Origin: an uncultured Clostridia bacterium
GTDB taxonomy: Bacteria > Bacillota > Clostridia > Oscillospirales > Feifaniaceae
Reading direction: 5' to 3'
Assembly (NCBI GenBank): GCA_944376235.1
Contig: CALWCA010000009.1
Location: 1-32,000 of the forward strand
Length of the DNA: 32,000 bases
How positions within the stretch are numbered: position 1 is the first letter of the stretch; each line of letters starts with the position of its first letter. Of this stretch, positions 25,481-32,000 are shown piece by piece. A model generated the notes under the pieces. That model did not search any database. It was not told the origin of the DNA and was given only the letters and a program-made list of their open reading frames with translations. The position numbers were made by a program, and so were the translations under genes.

Positions 25481-26449
25481 ATGAGAGCATTGCTTTTTTC
25501 AACAGATGTTCCGCCTGTTTTACTGGCGCCCATGGCAGGGATCACCGATTTGGTGTTTCGCCGCATTTGCCGCAGCTTCGGGGCGGACGGAGCCGTCAGC
25601 GAAATGGTCAGCGCCAAGGCGCTGTGCTTTGGCGATAAAAAAAGCCGCAGGCTGTGTGAAATTGACGATTCGGAGCGGCCGACCGGCATCCAGCTCTTTG
25701 GTCACGAACCGCAGACGCTGGCGCAGGCGGCGCGCATCGTCTGCGCGTTTTCTCCCGACTGGATTGACATCAATATGGGCTGTCCCGTACACAAGGTGGT
25801 TTCCAGTGGGGACGGCAGCGCGCTGATGCGCGACCCAAAGCTCATTTTCCGCATTGTGCAGGCCGTGACGCGGGAGGTTGACCTGCCGGTCACGGTCAAG
25901 CTGCGCGCCGGCATTGGCGGCGTGGAAAATGCGGTCGAGTGCGCGCAGGCGGCGCAGGAGGGCGGCGCGGCGGCCGTTGCGGTGCACGGGCGCATGCGCG
26001 AGCAGTTTTACGCGCCGTCGGCAGACTGGGGCGTCATTGCGCGGGTCAAGCGGGCCATTGATATTTCTGTTTTTGCCAACGGGGATATCGACAGCCCGTC
26101 GGCGGCGCTGGAGGCGTTGGCACAAACGGGGGCCGACGGGCTGATGGTGGGCCGCGCGGCGCTGGGCAACCCCTTTTTGTTTGAGCAGATCAAGGCTGCT
26201 CTGCTTGGCATGCCCGAGGTGCCGCCGCCTTCGCCCCATCGCCGGCTGGAAGTGGCAAGGCGGCACATCCATGAGCTGGTGCAGCTCAAGGGGGAACACA
26301 TCGGCATGCTGGAGGCGCGCGGGCATATGGGATGGTATTTCAAGGGGATGCGCGGCGCAGCCTCCCTTCGGGAAAAATGCAATAAGCTCACCACGATACA
26401 GGAACTCGATACGCTGATAGACGAGGCGATATCGATGCAGAAAGGATAA
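25481..26449 (+). CDS. dusB: tRNA-dihydrouridine synthase (DusB-like)
   Basis: LAPMAGITD, IDINMGCP, VTVKLR and HGR motifs. ATG 25481 is preceded by AAGGAAAG; ATG 25454 or 25466 are alternative starts. Confidence 0.9.
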   Translation: MRALLFSTDVPPVLLAPMAGITDLVFRRICRSFGADGAVSEMVSAKALCFGDKKSRRLCEIDDSERPTGIQLFGHEPQTLAQAARIVCAFSPDWIDINMGCPVHKVVSSGDGSALMRDPKLIFRIVQAVTREVDLPVTVKLRAGIGGVENAVECAQAAQEGGAAAVAVHGRMREQFYAPSADWGVIARVKRAIDISVFANGDIDSPSAALEALAQTGADGLMVGRAALGNPFLFEQIKAALLGMPEVPPPSPHRRLEVARRHIHELVQLKGEHIGMLEARGHMGWYFKGMRGAASLREKCNKLTTIQELDTLIDEAISMQKG

Positions 26450-26453
26450 GACC

Positions 26454-27092
26454 ATGCAGGATACGAGGAGCGACGCCGAAATCGTACAGGCTGTGCTGGA
26501 CGGCGATGCCAATGCCTTTGAGGCATTGGTGCTGCGATATCAAAAAAAGGTCTATAACACCGTGCTGCGACTGGCAGGAGACTGTGCGGAAGCGGAGGAT
26601 CTCTCGCAGGAGGTTTTTCTCAAAATTTTCAAAGGGCTGTCGTCTTTCCGCGGCGAGAGCAGCTTTTCCACATACATTTACAGGGTTGCGGCCAACACGG
26701 CCATTGACGCGCTGCGGCGCAGGGAGGCTCCCACGGTGAGCCTTTCGACCGAAAACGAAGAGGGCGAGGAGTTTGAGCTGGCGCTGCCCGATGCCGGCCC
26801 TCTGCCGGTGGAGATTCTGGAGAGCCGGGAGCGCAGGCAGGCCATTCGGGCGGCCATTGACGCCCTGCCGGAGCACCATCGTGCGGTGATTGTGCTCCGG
26901 GAGATGGACGGCATGTCCTATCAGGACATTGCGCAGGCTATGGGGCTGACCGAGGGAACCGTGAAAAGCCGCATCAACAGGGCGCGCGGCAGACTTCGGC
27001 AGCTTTTGCTCGAGGGGAACTTTTTTGAGGAACGCACGACCAAAGAAACAGAAAAAGACGCTCAGGCGAAAAAGGAGGTGCGGCAGGCATGA
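26454..27092 (+). CDS. ECF-type RNA polymerase sigma-70 family factor
   Basis: Region 2 (FEALVLRYQKKVYNTVLRLAGDCAEAEDLSQEVFLKIF, STYIYRVAANTAID) and region 4 (LPEHHRAVIVLREMDGMSYQDIAQAMGLTEGTVKSRINRARGRL). It starts 4 nt after the dusB stop. Confidence 0.9.
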   Translation: MQDTRSDAEIVQAVLDGDANAFEALVLRYQKKVYNTVLRLAGDCAEAEDLSQEVFLKIFKGLSSFRGESSFSTYIYRVAANTAIDALRRREAPTVSLSTENEEGEEFELALPDAGPLPVEILESRERRQAIRAAIDALPEHHRAVIVLREMDGMSYQDIAQAMGLTEGTVKSRINRARGRLRQLLLEGNFFEERTTKETEKDAQAKKEVRQA

Positions 27093-27922
27093 CCTGTGAG
27101 GAAGTCAAACGGAGCATGGAGCTTCCCCTGGAATGGCATACGTCTGACGAACTCCGGGAGATGTGGCGGCATATCGGCCTTTGTGAAGACTGCAGCAGGG
27201 CTTTCGGCTGGCAGTTTCAGCTCTGGTGGCTGATGCAGGACGCGATGGAGGAGCCGCCGCCCGGTCTTGCCGAGCGCATCATGATCGACGTGAAGGCAGC
27301 GCAGCCCGACAAGGTGCGCAGCCTGCCCTGGTGGAGGCGCCGCAAGGCGCTGGCGGCGCTGGCTGCGGCGCTGGCCATTGCCGTCTTTTCACCGGTGGTA
27401 ATGCGTGCGGTGCAGTCGGGGATGGCGTCGGAACAGAATGTGCAGCAGAATGTTTTGCAGGGGCAAACGCAGGACAGCGGGGTAACGGGTCCGGTTGCGA
27501 GCTCGTTTTTGCTCTCCTCCCCGGCAGAAGACACATCAGACGGCGGTTTTTCTGAGGATGGGGGAAAAGGAGCAGAGGGGACGGTGCTTGGACTGCAGCA
27601 GCCGGGGAGTTTTGCGCAGGAGAGTGAAAACGCCGCCATTGCCGGCAATGGCGGCAGCGACAGGACTTCTCCTGTCGCTGAAAATGATTTGTTTGTGGGA
27701 ACGCAGGGCGCCTGGCGGACTTATGCGGCGGCCAAGCACATGCTGGTGGACTGGAGAGCGTTTTTGCCCACCGAGTTTGTCAAAGATCCTTCACAGGTGA
27801 CGCTGGTGCTCTATGTGACCCTGCCGCCTGAAAATTATATCGAGCATGTGGAAAATGATGCGGCCGACTGCTATGTGCTGGAGGCCGTAGGAGGATATGC
27901 GCTGTATCTTGTACAGGACTGA
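27089..27922 (+). CDS. Anti-sigma factor, zf-HC2 (ZAS-like) with one TM and an extracytoplasmic region
   Basis: ATGA overlap with the sigma gene and AAAGGAGGTG upstream. HIGLCEDC gives an H-x3-C-x2-C motif. The TM segment is ALAALAAALAIAVFSPVV. Confidence 0.8.
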   Translation: MTCEEVKRSMELPLEWHTSDELREMWRHIGLCEDCSRAFGWQFQLWWLMQDAMEEPPPGLAERIMIDVKAAQPDKVRSLPWWRRRKALAALAAALAIAVFSPVVMRAVQSGMASEQNVQQNVLQGQTQDSGVTGPVASSFLLSSPAEDTSDGGFSEDGGKGAEGTVLGLQQPGSFAQESENAAIAGNGGSDRTSPVAENDLFVGTQGAWRTYAAAKHMLVDWRAFLPTEFVKDPSQVTLVLYVTLPPENYIEHVENDAADCYVLEAVGGYALYLVQD

Positions 27923-27973
27923 GGTGGTTTTTAAAAAAATTCTCTTTCCGGCAGCGCAGGAAAACAAAAAAGC

Positions 27974-28010
27974 AAGAGGGCAGACACATTGGTGTCTGCC
28001 CTCTTTTGCT
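27974..28010. terminator. Bidirectional terminator between the anti-sigma gene (+) and the deacetylase gene (-)
   Basis: AAGAGGGCAGACAC-ATTG-GTGTCTGCCCTCTT, a 14-bp perfect stem. It is A-rich upstream and has TTTGCTTTGTTT downstream. Confidence 0.85.
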
Positions 28011-28101
28011 TTGTTTAACGGGAAAACAGGGACCTCTGCCATACACGGGGGCGCTTTGGGAAAAATGCGCTGCACAGGGCAACAAAGAGCGCGGGAGGGG
28101 G

Positions 28102-28950
28102 TCAGGACTGGGCCTGCAGGATTTGCTGCGCGGTTTTTCCCGCAGGGCGGTTGAAGCGGCCCAGGGAAAAGAGCTGATCGGCGTCGCCTGTGAGATAGTT
28201 GACCTCCTCCAGGCAGGTCAGCGCGGCCTGAAACCCCATTTCTTTCAGCACGGGGAGGGCCTCTGCGCTGACGCTGCCGAAGGGGTAGGTGAAGGCGGTG
28301 GGCGTGATGCCGCACCAGTATTCGCACAGCGACTGCATGCGGCTGACGTCGTCGCGAAGGCGCTCCTGGTAGTGGATCACCTCTTCGCCGGAGACCTTCA
28401 TGGAGCCCTTTTTCTCCCCGTCATAGGTATGCAAATCATAGGAGTGGTTTTGAATTTCAACCAGGCCGCTTTGGGCCAGCTCGTCAATTTGCATCCAGGT
28501 ACAGTGCGAGTAGTTGATGTGGTGGTCTTCGGTCTCGGTATATTCGTCGGCGTAGCGGCCGATGACCGAGAGCACCGCTTTGCAGTTTCGCTGCTGCAGG
28601 ATGGGAAAGGCGTATTCGTAAAAGCTCTCGTAGCCGTCGTCGAAGGTAATCATGACCGGCTTTTGGGGCAGGCTGCCCCTGCCGTTTGCCCAGTCGATCA
28701 CCTGGCCGACCGTGACGGTTTCGTATCCCTGTGACAGCAGCCAGTCGAGGTCGGCGGCAAAATCATCGGGGGAAATCACATATTTTCCGTGGCGCGAGCT
28801 CTCCTTGAGCAGATGATGATACATGAGGATGGGCAGCTCCACAGCCACGGAGCCCTGTGCAACACGGGCGGCAGGCATGCCCCGAAGCAGCGACACGGCC
28901 AAAAGGCCGGCGAGCAAGAGGGCTCCTCTTTTCTTTCGTTGTTCCTGCAT
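28102..28950 (-). CDS. Polysaccharide deacetylase family protein (NodB homology domain), secreted or anchored
   Basis: ILMYHH, ITFDDGY and NHSYDLH motifs with an N-terminal signal/anchor ALLLAGLLAVSLL. The start is taken at ATG 28950 (AAAGGAG is 12 nt upstream, a long spacing). ATG 29004 is an alternative. The further upstream track ORF overlaps the divergent HlyD gene and is spurious. Confidence 0.85.
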   Translation of the reverse strand: MQEQRKKRGALLLAGLLAVSLLRGMPAARVAQGSVAVELPILMYHHLLKESSRHGKYVISPDDFAADLDWLLSQGYETVTVGQVIDWANGRGSLPQKPVMITFDDGYESFYEYAFPILQQRNCKAVLSVIGRYADEYTETEDHHINYSHCTWMQIDELAQSGLVEIQNHSYDLHTYDGEKKGSMKVSGEEVIHYQERLRDDVSRMQSLCEYWCGITPTAFTYPFGSVSAEALPVLKEMGFQAALTCLEEVNYLTGDADQLFSLGRFNRPAGKTAQQILQAQS

Positions 28951-29212
28951 GGCCTGCGGCAGCTCCTTTCTTTGCAGCGTAGCGGGATGTCCTGGAAAAG
29001 GCATGGCCTTTTTATGTATATCGGCAAGGCCCGTCCCGTTATGACCCCTTTTTGGGGACGGGGGGAATTTCAAAAACCCATCCCCGGAAGTTCCCCGCAC
29101 CGACTTTTTGTAAACACAGTTTGCACAAAAAAGGCTGATACCTTGAAAGCAGAATTGAGCGGCAGGCCGGGATGACAAGCCATGGCAGCGCCGTTTTGGA
29201 GGTGTACGGTCA

Positions 29213-31021
29213 ATGAAAGAGCACGATGAGACAGTGCGGTGCGAGCAGGGGCAGCAGCAAATACACAAGCAAGAGCAGGGGCAGGACACTGTCAAAGCGG
29301 CAGACAGGAAGAAAAAGGGACGACCAAAGAAAAAGCTGCTCTATGCGGCGGCGGTCGTTGTCCTGTGCGCGGCGGTCGGCATCCGGCTGGCCATGCCGTC
29401 TGCCTCGGAGCAGACGGGAGAGGCCACGCTCACGGCGGCCCAGGCGCAGCGCGGCGACATCACGGTTTCGGTTTCGAGCTCGGGCACCGTGCAGCCCATT
29501 GAGCAGTATGACATCTCCTCCCTTGTCTCAGGGGATATCCTAGAGGACTATGTGGTGCTGGGGGCGGAGGTGGAGGCCGGCGAGCTGCTGTATGTCATTG
29601 ATTCGTCCTCGGCCGAAAACAGCATCAAAAAGGCCCAGATCCAGATGGAGCAGCAGCAGCTTTCCTATCAGCAGGAGCAGGAGTCCATTGCGGCGCTGAC
29701 CGTTCGCGCCCCCATTGACGGGGTGATCACAAACCTCTATGTGCAGGAGGGGGACAGCGTGGGCAACGGGGCGCAGCTTGCCGACATCGTCGACTCGTCG
29801 CGCATGACGGCCACTCTGGCCTTCCACAGCGCAGACGTGGAGCAAATCGGCGTGGGACAGCAGGCCACCGTCTCCCTGGAAGAGAGCGGCGATGTGCTGC
29901 AGGGGATTGTCACGGCCAAGACGACCGGCGCCACCGTGACCGAGCTTGGCAACATGGTGGGCTATGTGACGATTGAGTTTGACAATCCGGGAGTGCTGTC
30001 CGAGGGCGTCAGCCTGACGGGGGTGGTGGGAGACTTCGCCTGCGTGCAGGCGGGGCAGGCCTCCTACGCCGACTCTGTGACGGTGACGGCCGGCGCCTCG
30101 GGCGAGGTGAGCGGCTTAAACGTGCGGCAGGGTGACTCGGTGCAGCAGGGCGAGCTGCTCTTCACGCTGGAAAACTCCTCGCTGCTGGTCAGCAGCCAGT
30201 CGTCGGCGCTGTCGCTGGAAAACGCCGAGATTTCGCTGGCCGACAGCTATGACGCGCTAGACGATTACCAGATTACCGCCCCCATCAGCGGCACCATCAT
30301 TCAAAAGGATTACAAGGCCGGAGACACCCTTGACAGCAGCAAGACGTCGCTGGCTGTTGTGGCCGATATGAGCAGCCTCGCCTTTACCATGCAGATTGAC
30401 GAGCTCGACGTGCAGCAGCTCTCGGAGGGGCAACGCGTGATTGTCACGGCCGATGCCGTGGAAGGCAAGAGCTTTGACGGCGTGATCACCTCCATCGGCA
30501 TCATCGGGACGTCCTCCTCCGGCGTGACCACCTACCCCGTGGAGGTGGTCATTGAGGAGTATGAGGGCCTGCTGCCCGGAATGAATGTCACGGCGGAAAT
30601 TATCACCGAAGAGGCAACGGATGTCGTGCGCATCCCGGTGGCCGCCCTCAGCCGAGGCGACGTAGTGCTGGTGACGCAGGAGTATGCGCAGAAAATCGGG
30701 GCGCAGCAGGCGCAGGAAGAGGGCTCGGCCACGGCCCAGGCGGGAGAGATCGTCACGCTGGGCACCGAGCCGCAGGGCTATGTATGGCTCAAGGTGGAGA
30801 CGGGCCTGTCTGACGGCGACTATGTGGAGGTTACGGCCGGGCTGGAAGAGGGAGCGCAGGTCTATGTCAGCAGCAGCGTCCAGAGCAGCTCGGACAGCAC
30901 GCAGGGCTCCGGCATGGGAATGCCCGGCGGTATGGGCATGGGCTCGGGAATGCCCTCGGGCGGCATGTCGGGAGGACGTGCAGAGGGCGGCATGCCCGGC
31001 GGCGGCCCGGGAGGATTCTAG
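29213..31021 (+). CDS. HlyD-family membrane fusion / periplasmic adaptor protein (MacA-like)
   Basis: N-terminal TM, then QRGDITVSVSSSGTVQPIE and VVLGAEVEAGELLYVIDSS (lipoyl-like half), a coiled-coil, then APIDGVITNLYVQEGDSV and APISGTIIQKDYKAGD. ATG 29213 is preceded by GGAGGTG at an 8-nt spacing. Confidence 0.88.
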   Translation: MKEHDETVRCEQGQQQIHKQEQGQDTVKAADRKKKGRPKKKLLYAAAVVVLCAAVGIRLAMPSASEQTGEATLTAAQAQRGDITVSVSSSGTVQPIEQYDISSLVSGDILEDYVVLGAEVEAGELLYVIDSSSAENSIKKAQIQMEQQQLSYQQEQESIAALTVRAPIDGVITNLYVQEGDSVGNGAQLADIVDSSRMTATLAFHSADVEQIGVGQQATVSLEESGDVLQGIVTAKTTGATVTELGNMVGYVTIEFDNPGVLSEGVSLTGVVGDFACVQAGQASYADSVTVTAGASGEVSGLNVRQGDSVQQGELLFTLENSSLLVSSQSSALSLENAEISLADSYDALDDYQITAPISGTIIQKDYKAGDTLDSSKTSLAVVADMSSLAFTMQIDELDVQQLSEGQRVIVTADAVEGKSFDGVITSIGIIGTSSSGVTTYPVEVVIEEYEGLLPGMNVTAEIITEEATDVVRIPVAALSRGDVVLVTQEYAQKIGAQQAQEEGSATAQAGEIVTLGTEPQGYVWLKVETGLSDGDYVEVTAGLEEGAQVYVSSSVQSSSDSTQGSGMGMPGGMGMGSGMPSGGMSGGRAEGGMPGGGPGGF

Positions 31022-31033
31022 GAGGTGAGGACC

Positions 31034-31783
31034 ATGCAGGAAAACCGACATCATGCGCTCATTGAATTTTCTCACATTTCCAAGATCTATGAGATGGGAG
31101 AGTCGGAGGTTTACGCCGTCAACAACGTTTCCTTTCAAATTCAAAAGGGGGAATTTGTGGCCATCGTAGGTCAGTCCGGCTCGGGCAAGTCGACCTGTAT
31201 GAACATCATCGGTGCCCTGGATGTCCCGACGCTGGGCGAATACTTTTTGGACGGACAGGAGATCTCGGGCTTTGACGACGACGAGCTGGCCGATATCCGG
31301 GGAAAGATGCTGGGCTTTGTCTTCCAGCAGTACAACCTGATCGCAAAGCTCGACGTCTATGAAAATGTGGAGCTGCCGCTCATCTATGCCTCGGTCCCCG
31401 AAAAGCAGCGAAGGGAGCGGGTCATGCAGTCGCTTGAGCGCGTCGGTCTCAAGGACCGCGTGCATCACATGCCAAACCAGCTCTCGGGCGGCCAGCAGCA
31501 AAGGGTGTCGATTGCCAGGGCGCTGGCGGGCAACCCCTCGGTGATTTTGGCCGACGAGCCCACCGGAGCCTTGGACTCCAATACCGGTAAGGAGGTTTTG
31601 GCGTTTTTCAAGGAGCTGCACCGTGAGGGCAACACCATCGTGCTCATCACGCACGACAACGGCATTGCCGCACAGGCTCCGCGTGTGCTGCGCCTGGCCG
31701 ACGGCAGGCTGGTGGACGACTGCAGCGGGGCGCAATTTCGGGATCGGCTTCGCACCCTGCAAATGGAGGAGGCGCCGACATGA
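31034..31783 (+). CDS. ABC transporter ATP-binding protein (MacB/LolD/FtsE class)
   Basis: Walker A GQSGSGKST, signature LSGGQQQRVSIARAL and Walker B ILADEPTGALD. ATG 31034 is preceded by GGAGG at an 8-nt spacing. Confidence 0.93.
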   Translation: MQENRHHALIEFSHISKIYEMGESEVYAVNNVSFQIQKGEFVAIVGQSGSGKSTCMNIIGALDVPTLGEYFLDGQEISGFDDDELADIRGKMLGFVFQQYNLIAKLDVYENVELPLIYASVPEKQRRERVMQSLERVGLKDRVHHMPNQLSGGQQQRVSIARALAGNPSVILADEPTGALDSNTGKEVLAFFKELHREGNTIVLITHDNGIAAQAPRVLRLADGRLVDDCSGAQFRDRLRTLQMEEAPT

Positions 31784-32000
31784 AGCTGACACAGGCGTTT
31801 GCCATGGCGTGGAAGAGCATGTCTCAAAGCAAGATGCGGTCCTTTCTGACCATGCTGGGAATCATCATCGGCGTTGCGGCTGTCATTGTGCTGGTTTCGC
31901 TGGTCGGGGGCTTTTCTGCCGACCTCTCCTCCTCGTTTGAGTCCATGGGCACGACAAATTTGAGCGTCATGCTCATGGGCAGAGGGGGCAGCACCGTCAT
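31780..32000 (+). CDS. ABC transporter permease, MacB/FtsX type (5' part, truncated by the window end)
   Basis: My own translation is MKLTQAFAMAWKSMSQSKMRSFLTMLGIIIGVAAVIVLVSLV..., the canonical MacB_PCD/FtsX N-terminus. There is an ATGA overlap with the ATPase stop. Confidence 0.85.
   Translation, partial: MKLTQAFAMAWKSMSQSKMRSFLTMLGIIIGVAAVIVLVSLVGGFSADLSSSFESMGTTNLSVMLMGRGGSTV

Noticed and set aside
1-32000. Search for CRISPR arrays, IS/transposase or integrase genes, phage genes and known defence-system components
   Set aside because: No regularly spaced direct repeats were seen, and no ORF has transposase, integrase, recombinase, restriction or Cas-like motifs. The only nuclease-like proteins (RNase J, RmuC, PHP) are in ordinary housekeeping contexts.

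Overview
This is a high-GC (by eye, not computed) Firmicutes/Clostridia-style chromosomal segment made up almost entirely of housekeeping genes. I call one tRNA-Asn(GTT) and 27 CDS. An ~18 kb co-directional minus-strand block (545-18573) carries a hypothetical protein, a 2-TM peptide plus XRE regulator pair, RNase J, a lytic transglycosylase, CoaE, Sua5/TsaC, RF1, DUF951, PBP2, MreD, MreC, Maf, DUF4321, Dut, a U32-family protein, ZapA, a PHP phosphatase and an orphan family-5 solute-binding lipoprotein. Many of these genes are linked by overlapping stop/start codons. The rest of the window holds rmuC and a LUD-domain gene (+), a 1193-aa pyruvate:ferredoxin oxidoreductase (-), and a small tail-anchored protein (-). 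It continues with a dusB / ECF sigma / zinc-finger anti-sigma operon (+), a polysaccharide deacetylase (-), and the start of a MacAB-like HlyD / ABC ATPase / FtsX permease operon (+, cut by the window end). Start codons were refined by hand from Shine-Dalgarno spacing, and several ORF-track entries carry spurious N-terminal extensions. I also call rho-independent terminators and three sigma70-type promoters with 17-nt spacers. I found no CRISPR array, transposase, integrase or recognisable defence genes, and no convincing novel multi-gene system. The items most worth a second look are listed here. (1) A compositionally atypical islet directly 3' of the tRNA. (2) A ~148-aa lysine-rich, apparently disordered N-terminal extension on RNase J. 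(3) Two unusually structured GC-rich non-coding spacers (6515-6859 and 20813-21255). (4) mreCD-pbp2 without mreB. (5) The ECF sigma/anti-sigma pair fused transcriptionally to dusB and sitting next to envelope genes. All functional calls come from motif and family recognition by eye. No database search was run.
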